Positions 20,240 to 28,511 of a stretch of DNA of 64,000 bases are shown piece after piece (position 1 is the first letter of the stretch; each line of letters begins with the position of its first letter). The position numbers and the translations under genes are program-made. The notes beneath the pieces are model-generated. The model was not told the DNA's origin and made no database searches. It saw only the letters and a list, made by a program, of their open reading frames with translations. This DNA is from a virus. Taxonomy: Duplodnaviria > Caudoviricetes. Location: IMG/VR virus record IMGVR_UViG_3300033121_001133, positions 73,380 to 137,379 of that record. One strand, given 5' to 3'.

Positions 20240-20470
20240 ATGGATCAGAAAGATATTGACCGGGTACTAGACGTACATAAGGAGTCGCTGAGCAATATGC
20301 GGCCAAGTGGTTGCTATGACCCTGTACTTGGAAATTGTCTGGACATTGCCGGTTTGAGAATCCCTCAGGGGATGTTTCCTACTCAGTACTCTACTATTAT
20401 GCAAGCGTTTAACGAGATTTTGGATGAACTCTACGTGCACAAGATCTCACTACAAAAGCCACAGCAGTAA
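20240..20470 (+). CDS. Hypothetical protein
   Basis: 76-aa ORF abutting queE. Confidence 0.5.
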   Translation: MDQKDIDRVLDVHKESLSNMRPSGCYDPVLGNCLDIAGLRIPQGMFPTQYSTIMQAFNEILDELYVHKISLQKPQQ

Positions 20471-21229
20471 ATGCCCCATACACTAATACAACAATGCCCC
20501 ACCTTTAGTAAAAAGGTATCAGGTGAGGATAAGCTAGCAATAGCTGAAATGTTCTGTGATACCATTCAAGGAGAGGGTGTCCATGCCGGGTTGCCAGCAA
20601 CCTTTGTCAGGCTACAAGGATGCACTTTGAAGTGTGTCTGGTGCGATACACTGACAGTGTGGCCGTACGGCAATGAGTACTCGTTTGATGAGATCTTTGC
20701 ATTGTGGGAGGGAGTGGGGTTGATCAAGAGGCTGGATGAAGGTCAGCACCTAATCCTAACTGGGGGTTCACCACTCAAACAGGAGCAGCGACTGATTCAG
20801 TTCATCAACGCGTTCATCAAGAGATATCACTTCAAGCCTTATATTGAGGTAGAGAATGAAGCTGTGTTAATGCCATCAGCGGAGCTTGAGAAACTTGTGG
20901 ATTGGTGGAACAACTCACCGAAGCTGTCTAACTCGGGAATGAAATCCAGGGTTAGGATCAAGCCTGAGGTGATAGATTACATGGCTGCACTACCTAATAG
21001 CTCGTTCAAGTTCGTAGTGTCAGCTCCTCAGGACTGGGATGAGATTGTTAAGGATTACATTGAGCCCTTCTCAATTAGCAAGGATCAGATCATCCTTATG
21101 CCTGAGGGTCAGACTCAGGCTGAGCTTCAGGTTAGTAGACCAGTAGCAGCTCAGATGGCAATTGAGCATCAGGTTAGATTCACTGACCGTCTACACGTGA
21201 CCATTTGGGATAAAAAGACAGGCGTCTGA
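20471..21229 (+). CDS. queE: 7-carboxy-7-deazaguanine synthase (radical SAM)
   Basis: EMF.TIQGEG..AG.PA.FVRLQGCTLKCVWCDT (CxxxCxxC), TGG.P, SPKL, KFVV, LMPEG, RLH..IW. Confidence 0.93.
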   Translation: MPHTLIQQCPTFSKKVSGEDKLAIAEMFCDTIQGEGVHAGLPATFVRLQGCTLKCVWCDTLTVWPYGNEYSFDEIFALWEGVGLIKRLDEGQHLILTGGSPLKQEQRLIQFINAFIKRYHFKPYIEVENEAVLMPSAELEKLVDWWNNSPKLSNSGMKSRVRIKPEVIDYMAALPNSSFKFVVSAPQDWDEIVKDYIEPFSISKDQIILMPEGQTQAELQVSRPVAAQMAIEHQVRFTDRLHVTIWDKKTGV

Positions 21230-21268
21230 TAGTAAGACTGGCGTAGTCAACTTGAGCAATATCACCCT

Positions 21269-21544
21269 ATGAGTAGTACGTATTTTCGAATCAAGGTTGT
21301 CTACTATGTAGACGGCTCTGTTTATGGGTTCAGGATAAAGTACAAGTTGCATCCATTTCAGCTGTTTTGGAGTTACTTTAAGGAGTACCATCCTCATGGC
21401 AACGCTCTGTCCCCCAAAACATTTGCAAGCCTTAAGACTGCAAATGAGTGGGCATCTAGTATCAAGTCCAGAGCGGACTTGGAGCATTTGATAAACGAGC
21501 ACTCTAAGTTGGTGATTCGCGAATACCGAGGAGGTTCAAATTAA
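21269..21544 (+). CDS. Hypothetical protein
   Basis: 91-aa ATG ORF in the operon direction. Confidence 0.45.
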   Translation: MSSTYFRIKVVYYVDGSVYGFRIKYKLHPFQLFWSYFKEYHPHGNALSPKTFASLKTANEWASSIKSRADLEHLINEHSKLVIREYRGGSN

Positions 21545-21552
21545 CTAGGTGA

Positions 21553-21786
21553 ATGAGGATTAAAGTTAAGCACTACTCCACTGAGATTGTAGTCGATGAG
21601 GCCGTTGATTCTGGTATGATTGGTCAGTATGGCTCAAGCTATCCGACTAAAATTAGATTCACAGACGACCATCCCTATGTGATAAAGACATTAGAGAAGA
21701 TGGTCGAGCAGCTAATCAAAATAAGGCAGTCAGATGACAGATCCCAACAACCTCAAGCGCAGCAATCTAGGCAAGACGTTTCTTAG
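21553..21786 (+). CDS. Hypothetical protein
   Basis: 77-aa ATG ORF in the operon direction. Confidence 0.45.
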   Translation: MRIKVKHYSTEIVVDEAVDSGMIGQYGSSYPTKIRFTDDHPYVIKTLEKMVEQLIKIRQSDDRSQQPQAQQSRQDVS

Positions 21787-21855
21787 CTTAGGATGGGATT
21801 TTATTCCCAAGAGACTAATCACAGTCGATTTTGTAGACAACAACCCAATTAAAAA

Positions 21856-22329
21856 ATGAGATACATAAGTACCAAAATCTTTGATAACTATTCGGTGGCG
21901 ATTAGACAGTGGAAGGCACAACACTCTCACTGCTCGAAGCTGCATGGCTATGCGTTTAAGTTCAAGGTCTGGTTTGCTTCGGTGGAGCCTGAAATTGACA
22001 AGCAGCTGGATGACATGAACTGGGTTCAGGACTTTGGGGGCTTCAAGACTGCGCCTCAAGGCAACGGTCTAAAAGACTGGATGGACCACATGTGGGATCA
22101 CACTACTCTAATCCAGAAGGACGATCCCTATGCTGACATCTTTGTGCAGATGGAACAGATGGGGTTGTGTAAGCTTCACTTACTAGACAAGATGGGAGCT
22201 GAGAGCTGTGCTAAGTTGGTGTTTGACAAGTTTAACGACGTCTTATCAAAGACTGATGCTGGTCGCTGCAAGGTGATTAAGGTGGAGTGCTTTGAGAATG
22301 ACAACAACAGCTCAATCTATGAAGAGTAA
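21856..22329 (+). CDS. queD: 6-carboxy-5,6,7,8-tetrahydropterin synthase (QueD/PTPS family)
   Basis: HC..LHGY, WV.DFGG.K, WDHT, gaE, VEC.E...NS motifs. Confidence 0.88.
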   Translation: MRYISTKIFDNYSVAIRQWKAQHSHCSKLHGYAFKFKVWFASVEPEIDKQLDDMNWVQDFGGFKTAPQGNGLKDWMDHMWDHTTLIQKDDPYADIFVQMEQMGLCKLHLLDKMGAESCAKLVFDKFNDVLSKTDAGRCKVIKVECFENDNNSSIYEE

Positions 22330-22679
22330 TTTTTGGACCTACAGCACCTCCTGGGGCGATCTAAGCTTTCAGTACGTGTACACACCAACTGTCCAACTAT
22401 GTGGTCTGTACTAACAATACTAGCAATTGTGGTAGCGGTTGCTGCTTTAGAGGTTGCCTTGCCGCTGCTTATAGCCTACTTTACCGGAGGGGGACATTCT
22501 GATGAGAGCATGCACACTCTGGACGATGACCCCGACGATTTAACTACACCATAAGAACGTGCACGAGTTGTTTCATGTGATAGGAGCTTGTCACGATAGT
22601 ACAGCTCACGCGGATTTGCTAGATTTTCTGCTAGCAGATAGTCAGATTACTCACTATATTAACCAAGTTATTCAACGCT

Positions 22680-23162
22680 ATGTTACTCAATTGCGATCAA
22701 GTATTCGATCTGTTACAGACAAACGGGCTAGGAGCAAAGGCTCAGGTAGGCTATGATTTAACTCTGCAGGGAGTTAAGCGAGTCACTGGGGGTGTGATTA
22801 CACAAGAGAAGACCTCAATTCATCCTTATGAGGAGGTGATGCCAATGATCAACCCAGCTGGTAAGCCTATGTTTAGGCTGACTAGAGGGGCATACTCTCT
22901 AACCTTCGATCAAGGGATCAAGCTACCTAACGACAAAACCGCCTTCATAAGACATCGATCTAGTATCGCTCGATGTGGATCAGTGATCACTAGTGGCATA
23001 TTCGATCCTGGATTTGAAGTTGACCAGATGGGAGCGATTATGATAGTTCAGGAGGAGATCTTCATAGAGAAGGGAGCTAGGGTGGCTCAGGTATACATAT
23101 TCGAGAATCACCCAGCTCCTAGATATGACGGTCAGTTCCAGGCGGGAAGGGATATTAAGTGA
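22680..23162 (+). CDS. dUTPase/dCTP-deaminase-fold protein (second paralogue)
   Basis: VGYDL, RSSIARCG, GIFDPGF, GARVAQ, C-terminal YDGQFQ. Confidence 0.8.
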   Translation: MLLNCDQVFDLLQTNGLGAKAQVGYDLTLQGVKRVTGGVITQEKTSIHPYEEVMPMINPAGKPMFRLTRGAYSLTFDQGIKLPNDKTAFIRHRSSIARCGSVITSGIFDPGFEVDQMGAIMIVQEEIFIEKGARVAQVYIFENHPAPRYDGQFQAGRDIK

Positions 23163-23172
23163 TACAGGCAAT

Positions 23173-23517
23173 ATGCGTAGGTTTATTGAAGTCAAGTTAG
23201 ATGTGGAGGGTATTCACTGCTGGTCTAACTGCAACATCGAGGAGGTGGATTACTTGAAGTATCCCCATCGACATACCTTTCAATTCCTGTGTAGGGCAGA
23301 GGTTACTCACGGAGATCGTGATATTGAATTCATTGAGTTCAAACACAAGATTAAACACTACCTGGGTACTAAGTACTACGATAAGAAATACAAGTGTTGC
23401 AACTTCATTGGACAGTCCTGTGAGAGTTTGGCGGAGGAATTACTAAATCAGTTTGGACTGGTAAGGTGCTCGGTGTCGGAGGATGGTGAGTTTTTTGGAA
23501 TCGTTAACGCCAACTGA
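23173..23517 (+). CDS. dpdL: QueD-like T-fold protein, putative CDG decarboxylase (DpdL-type)
   Basis: EGIH.W...LKYPHRHTF (LxxxHRHxF), DRDIEFI.FK, SCE..AE, VSEDGE; inside the que/folE/dpdA cluster; the motif-to-name link is recalled, not searched. Confidence 0.65.
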   Translation: MRRFIEVKLDVEGIHCWSNCNIEEVDYLKYPHRHTFQFLCRAEVTHGDRDIEFIEFKHKIKHYLGTKYYDKKYKCCNFIGQSCESLAEELLNQFGLVRCSVSEDGEFFGIVNAN

Positions 23518-23521
23518 TACC

Positions 23522-23529
23522 TACTTATA
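23522..23529 (+). promoter_or_regulatory. Putative late promoter element TACTTATA
   Basis: Recurrent motif, 3 nt before the ATG at 23533. Confidence 0.45.
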
Positions 23530-23532
23530 GTC

Positions 23533-23751
23533 ATGCGAGAGAGGATTCCAGGAGGTTTGGCAGCAGGCAAGACTCTAAAGTCTCTGCAGGCTAGGTATCC
23601 AGACTTTGACATCAAGGCAGCTATCCTGCAAGGAGCTAGAGTTGAGATGGAGCACACGACTGATCCAGCAATTGCCGTAGAGATTGCGATGGATCATCTA
23701 ATGGAGGATCCTTTATACTACAATAAGCTCAAGCGTGCAGAAGCAAACTAA
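23533..23751 (+). CDS. Small conserved phage protein (DUF5661-like)
   Basis: G.RVEMEHT.DP..A.EIAMDHL.EDP.YY.KL motif. Confidence 0.65.
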   Translation: MRERIPGGLAAGKTLKSLQARYPDFDIKAAILQGARVEMEHTTDPAIAVEIAMDHLMEDPLYYNKLKRAEAN

Positions 23752-23752
23752 G

Positions 23753-24232
23753 ATGTCAACCTCGGTTATAGAACTCCCTCCAATCACCCTGTTATTTGGT
23801 AAGATTTGCAGTGGCAAAAGTACCTTTGCAGAGGCTTTATCGTACGTTACCAAAGCGAAGCATATAACAGTATCGGATATAGTTAAGTCCCTCTCAGGGC
23901 TGCATACAAGAAGCGGTTTACAACTAACCCAGCATCTTGATGAGGCTATTGCTGCGGAATTGGTACGTCAAATTAAAGCGTATGATAAGGTGATTATTGA
24001 TGGAATCAGGCAGAAGTCAATTGTGGAATGGCTGATCAATGAGTTTGGTGATTCCAAAATCAAGATGATTTGGCTGGAAGTGCCAGATCACACAAGAAAG
24101 TATCGGTTTGAGGATAGAGTGGTTGCAAAGGACGATCTTACATTTGAGATGGCCGATCGCCGCGATGCAGATTTAGGGTTGCTTGAGTTGCAAGCAGCGC
24201 TTCAAAATGAGTATACTATAATCAACAACTAA
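23753..24232 (+). CDS. P-loop nucleoside monophosphate kinase-like protein
   Basis: GKICSGKST Walker A, IIDGIR, LEVP...R..RF..R lid; immediately before folE. Confidence 0.7.
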   Translation: MSTSVIELPPITLLFGKICSGKSTFAEALSYVTKAKHITVSDIVKSLSGLHTRSGLQLTQHLDEAIAAELVRQIKAYDKVIIDGIRQKSIVEWLINEFGDSKIKMIWLEVPDHTRKYRFEDRVVAKDDLTFEMADRRDADLGLLELQAALQNEYTIINN

Positions 24233-24248
24233 CACTCGCACAAGTTAC

Positions 24249-24896
24249 ATGGAGCTTCTAAAGAAAGCTAACGGAAACCTTTATCGCACAGAGGAAGAAA
24301 AGCAGCACATGATCGAACAGGCTGCTCAATACTACGGTCAGTTCCTAACCGCATTAGGGTTTGATTGGGCAGCCGATCCCCATAGCGCAAACACTCCACA
24401 TCGAGTAGCTAAAGCCTGGGTTCACGATCTAATTAAAGGGTCTCTAAGTGAGGAGCCTGTAATTACGGCGTTTCCTAACGATGAGGGATATACTGGTTTG
24501 ATTTGTCAGACCAGAATTCCCGTGGTTAGTCTCTGCGCACACCACAACCTAACTTTCCACGGCCTATGTCATGTTGCATACATAGCTGGTAAGGAAAAAG
24601 CCGACATGGTAATTGGTTTAAGCAAACTCAACCGTATTGTAGATTTTTATGCTCGTAGACCTAATATACAGGAAAGCCTAACCAAGCAAATACATGACCA
24701 TATTGCTAGACTGTGCGTGGGTAATAGGGGAGTGGCGGTTGTAATCGAGTCTCAACATAACTGCGTTAAGTGTAGAGGTATTAAACACGATTCCATCATG
24801 AAGACCTCTCAAATGAGCGGTTATTTCTGGACTAATGAGGTTGGTACTCGCCAGGAGTTTTTTCACCTCATCGACCAGAGTCGATTTGGAGCTTAA
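24249..24896 (+). CDS. folE: GTP cyclohydrolase I
   Basis: TPHRVAK, SLCAHH, IGLSKLNRIV..YARR..IQE.LT, H.CV..RG. Confidence 0.95.
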   Translation: MELLKKANGNLYRTEEEKQHMIEQAAQYYGQFLTALGFDWAADPHSANTPHRVAKAWVHDLIKGSLSEEPVITAFPNDEGYTGLICQTRIPVVSLCAHHNLTFHGLCHVAYIAGKEKADMVIGLSKLNRIVDFYARRPNIQESLTKQIHDHIARLCVGNRGVAVVIESQHNCVKCRGIKHDSIMKTSQMSGYFWTNEVGTRQEFFHLIDQSRFGA

Positions 24897-24925
24897 TCGA
24901 CCAAAGTCGTCATCAATAAACTACC

Positions 24926-25285
24926 ATGCTAATCAAAATCGATACCAAGGAAAGGTCAATTTCCATAGAGGAGGTTTTAACTTTTGAGCAGCTAGAGCAC
25001 ACCCTCAAGACCCTGTTTCCAACCGACTATAAGGAGTGGAAAATCAACACCAACGTTAAGGTAGAGCTTACCAGCTCTCCAATTATTATTCGTGAACGAC
25101 CTCGCTATCCGGATTGGTGGAATAATCCGTACTGGTACTCTACGGCTGAAGTGAAGAGCGTTCCGAGCTTGCTGTGTGATGGAGTCAGTACCACAACTAT
25201 GGTAGGTGGCACTAGCACAGTAACCAACGCTAGCATACCCTCCAGTGTTGTGGTTGATTATGCACCAGACTCCAACGCTAAGTGA
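24926..25285 (+). CDS. Hypothetical protein
   Basis: 119-aa ORF between folE and the dpdA-like gene; YPDWWNNPYWY low-complexity segment. Confidence 0.5.
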   Translation: MLIKIDTKERSISIEEVLTFEQLEHTLKTLFPTDYKEWKINTNVKVELTSSPIIIRERPRYPDWWNNPYWYSTAEVKSVPSLLCDGVSTTTMVGGTSTVTNASIPSSVVVDYAPDSNAK

Positions 25286-26091
25286 TGGACTTCTATGTAA
25301 TCTCTCCGGTAAGCAACCTGGAGCCGATGAAGCTCGGCGATCGAATCTTTGTACTAGCTCATCTATGGGTCAAGTACCCACACTACAGGGAATTCATCCT
25401 ACAGCAGAAGGCCGAGGGTAAGTTCCTAACACTGGATAACTCAGCTGCTGAGCGAGCTCTTGTTACTGAGGACGTGTTGATTGACATCTGCAGGGAGCTT
25501 CTCCCTAACGAGGTGATAGCACCCGACGTCCTGTTTAATAAGAACGCTACTATTGCCAACGCTAAGTCGTTTATCAATAGAATGCATCGAGAGGGTCTGA
25601 CTGAGGGTCTGTATAAGGTTGACATTTTCTTCTGTCCTCAGGGTAAGACAAAGCAAGATTGGTTAGAGGCATATCAGTGGGGAGTTGAGTGTAAGTACAT
25701 CTCCACAATCGGATTCTCAAAGATTGCTATTCCTCAGGCCTGGCTAGTTGATTGGAAGGATGATCAGGGTATTAAGCAGGCTCGTCATATGGCATATGAT
25801 TACCTGCGAGATCGTAATATGCTAGTCAAGCCCATTCACTGCCTTGGCCAAGGCGATCCAACTGAGTTTTCTTACTACAACCACCCCATGATGAGAAGTA
25901 CAGACTCGGTGTTCCCAATTCTAGCAGCTGCTCATGGACAGGCCTTCAATCTAGATAGTGCAACTAGGATTCCAACTCCTCACGACTTCTTAGAAACCTA
26001 CGATATGTCCAAAATCGACATGGAGCTGGTGGCAAACAACATAGATTTTCTACGCAGGCAGTGTAAAAGCACTCTTAAAGAGCAACCCTAG
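25282..26091 (+). CDS. dpdA: TGT-like TIM-barrel protein, divergent DpdA (deazaguanine transglycosylase family)
   Basis: LDNS (cf. DSG), IAPD, PQG, IGFS, HCLG and RSTDS motifs in TGT-fold order; context with folE/queD/queE. Confidence 0.7.
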   Translation: MMDFYVISPVSNLEPMKLGDRIFVLAHLWVKYPHYREFILQQKAEGKFLTLDNSAAERALVTEDVLIDICRELLPNEVIAPDVLFNKNATIANAKSFINRMHREGLTEGLYKVDIFFCPQGKTKQDWLEAYQWGVECKYISTIGFSKIAIPQAWLVDWKDDQGIKQARHMAYDYLRDRNMLVKPIHCLGQGDPTEFSYYNHPMMRSTDSVFPILAAAHGQAFNLDSATRIPTPHDFLETYDMSKIDMELVANNIDFLRRQCKSTLKEQP

Positions 26092-26116
26092 GACCGGTTG
26101 AGTTGCGCAAGCGACT

Positions 26117-26160
26117 GAGAACCCAGACACAGTGTCGCTACCTAGTCTGGGTTTCTCTAT
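26117..26160 (+). terminator. Stem-loop after dpdA (possible terminator or structured RNA)
   Basis: GAGAACCCAGAC (26117-26128) pairs with GTCTGGGTTTCTC (26145-26157); weak U tract. Confidence 0.5.
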
Positions 26161-26167
26161 TAGAGAG

Positions 26168-26199
26168 ATTGGTTGATCGGATTATTTAGCGTAAGGTTA
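26168..26199 (+). promoter_or_regulatory. Putative promoter (ATTG-N20-TAAGGTTA)
   Basis: Variant of the recurrent motif, 5 nt before the polA start. Confidence 0.5.
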
Positions 26200-26204
26200 G
26201 CGCT

Positions 26205-28460
26205 ATGTCACATCAGCAGGAGAAGAACTACGTAATTGTACGTACAAGAGAGCAATTTGATCAACTATTTTCTCATATAGAGAGTAGCAACCTGATTGCG
26301 TATGACATCGAGACAGATAGTCTGAATCCTCGCAAAGGCTCTATCATTGGTTTCTCAGTCTCAGGTAACATAGGAGTAGGATACTACCTGCCAACCAGGG
26401 TATGGGACGCTGAGAAGCAGCAGTTAGTGGATCTGGAGGTAGAAGGCCACAGCTGCCACAACTTAGCACGTGCTTTGATTCGCAAGTTGAAGGGTAAGAA
26501 GCTGGTGATGCATAATGGATCGTTTGATATACGCTTCACTAAGGCCTATTATGGAATAGATCTGAGAGATGATCTGTATTGTGACACTCTCCTACTACGC
26601 CACACTCTCGTGGAGGATGGACCGTTTGGATTGAAGACCATAGCGATCGAGTTGCAGAACCATCTTGGATTGGATGCTGAAAAGGAAGCTAACGAGGAGC
26701 AGGTGCTGATGAAGCAGAGCATCAAAGCTAATGGAGGAAGCACCACAAAGGACAACTTCGAGCTATACAAAGCAGAGTTGGAGTTGCTAGGTAGATACGC
26801 TTGTGCAGATACCGATCTAACTCTGCGAATAATGACCCACTACTTGCCAATCTTAAAGGAGCAGGATCTGTGGGATTTCTTCTTTGAGCAGGAGGTGATG
26901 CCTCTGTATAAGACAGTTACCATCAAGATGGAGGAGATGGGAACTGAGTTGGACATGGATCTGATCAGAAAGACTAAGAACGATATCACATTAGATCTAA
27001 CCGCTCTTGAGTCGGAGATTGTGTCTGAGCTGCTATCGCTCAATCCGGTCAAACAGTGGGTGATCGAGAGAGCTTGTGAAGCATTCCCTCCAAAGAAGAG
27101 AGGTAGGTTCCGAGAGGAGCTACTCAACCTAAAGAACCCAGTCAATCCAACCGCGATTGATCAATTTTTGAATGGGGATCTTCCAGCTTCGGAACTAGAC
27201 CCTCAAGACAGCGTGGGAGTCAGCCTGTCTTTGTGGAGGATCAAGGAGGGTGGCTTCATCAATATCAGTTCAAGGAAGCAGCTGGCTGAGATTTGCTTTA
27301 AGTATCTTGGGATCAAGCCTCTGAGTCAGACTAGAAAAGGGTCTGATCAGTTTGATGATGACCTTATTGAAGAGCTAAGCAATACCCACAGCTGGGCAGC
27401 GAAGCTTCGCGACTTTAATAAGCTAACCAAGATCAGTAGTGCCTATATCGACAGGTTTCTGGAGGGAGCTGAGGAAGGTCGGTATTATTGGTATTTCAAG
27501 CAAGCCGGCACCACAAGTGGAAGATTTAGCTCGGACTGTCAACAGATCCCTCGATATCTGGAACCCGGGGAGGTTAGTGATTTAGTTAGGAGGTACAACA
27601 ATATCCTGCGTAGCTTCTTAAAGGCCGAGCAAGGTCGTAAGCTGATCATCTGTGACCAGTCCTCGCTGGAGCCAAGAGTATTCGCCTCGGTCAGCAACGA
27701 TCCCAATCTAATCAACGTATTCCGCGATAATGAGGATCTGTATAGCAGAGTAGCCATACAGGCGTTCAAGCTCAGGGGTATGAGTGCAAAGAAGGATGAC
27801 GACAACTACGTCAAGAAGCTTAGACCAGAGCTTAGGCAGCGAGCTAAAAGCATTGCTTTGGCTATACCATATGGGGCCGGAGCTTGGCAGATTGGACAAT
27901 CCCTAGGCATACCGCCGCAGAAAGCTCAGTTGCTGATTAACGACTACCTTGAAGGCTTTCCTGAGCTAGCTAGATGGATGACTGATACACACCTCAAAGT
28001 ACAGACAGTGGGCTTTGTCCGTAGTCGCGCTGGCCGCATAAGGCATCTTGACCGAGCAAAGGAGATATACAACACCTTTCAAGATCATCTACTAGATCCT
28101 CGTGCGTTTAAGATGATGAAGGATATGTGTAAGTCTGCGGAGCAGTTACAAAAGCTGATGCAGCTGCGAGCAGAATACAAAAACGCCCTGAACAACAGCA
28201 AGAACTTTCAGATCCAATCCCTAGCAGCTAGTATTATGAATAGGTCTGCAATAGTGATTCATCGAGATTTTGCAGAGATGGGGTTGGACGCATACATTAT
28301 GCTGCAAATCCACGACGAGTTTGTAATCAACTGCGCTGAGCAGGATGCTGAGAAGGTAGCAGCGATTGTTAAGCATCGAATGGAAACTACGGTAGAGATT
28401 CCTACAGGATTGGTAGCAGAGCCGAATGTGGCTGATAACTTCGGAGAGGGACACGCATAG
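26205..28460 (+). CDS. polA: Family A DNA polymerase with 3'-5' exonuclease
   Basis: Exo motifs YDIET, HNGSFD, YACAD; TTSGRFSS; motif A DQSSLEPR; motif B RQRAKSIALAIPYG; motif C QIHDE. Confidence 0.95.
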   Translation: MSHQQEKNYVIVRTREQFDQLFSHIESSNLIAYDIETDSLNPRKGSIIGFSVSGNIGVGYYLPTRVWDAEKQQLVDLEVEGHSCHNLARALIRKLKGKKLVMHNGSFDIRFTKAYYGIDLRDDLYCDTLLLRHTLVEDGPFGLKTIAIELQNHLGLDAEKEANEEQVLMKQSIKANGGSTTKDNFELYKAELELLGRYACADTDLTLRIMTHYLPILKEQDLWDFFFEQEVMPLYKTVTIKMEEMGTELDMDLIRKTKNDITLDLTALESEIVSELLSLNPVKQWVIERACEAFPPKKRGRFREELLNLKNPVNPTAIDQFLNGDLPASELDPQDSVGVSLSLWRIKEGGFINISSRKQLAEICFKYLGIKPLSQTRKGSDQFDDDLIEELSNTHSWAAKLRDFNKLTKISSAYIDRFLEGAEEGRYYWYFKQAGTTSGRFSSDCQQIPRYLEPGEVSDLVRRYNNILRSFLKAEQGRKLIICDQSSLEPRVFASVSNDPNLINVFRDNEDLYSRVAIQAFKLRGMSAKKDDDNYVKKLRPELRQRAKSIALAIPYGAGAWQIGQSLGIPPQKAQLLINDYLEGFPELARWMTDTHLKVQTVGFVRSRAGRIRHLDRAKEIYNTFQDHLLDPRAFKMMKDMCKSAEQLQKLMQLRAEYKNALNNSKNFQIQSLAASIMNRSAIVIHRDFAEMGLDAYIMLQIHDEFVINCAEQDAEKVAAIVKHRMETTVEIPTGLVAEPNVADNFGEGHA

Positions 28461-28484
28461 GCCTCTCCTAGGCTTTCCAGATGG

Positions 28485-28492
28485 CACTTATA
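28485..28492 (+). promoter_or_regulatory. Putative late promoter element CACTTATA
   Basis: Variant of the recurrent motif in the intergenic region before 28512. Confidence 0.35.
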
Positions 28493-28511
28493 TGTATTAC
28501 TAGCCACTGAG

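Noticed and set aside
21216-21248. Short direct repeat AAGAC(A/T)GGCGT after queE
   Set aside because: Only two 11-nt copies; could be chance or a small duplication scar
22333-22756. Two small ORFs with non-ATG starts between queD and the dUTPase-like gene
   Set aside because: Plausibly real (one has a TM segment), but starts are uncertain and no function can be supported
20471-26091. Queuosine tRNA-modification pathway
   Set aside because: No queC, queF or queA; the TGT-like protein is short and lacks the zinc-binding Cys motif; the position beside polA favours DNA modification
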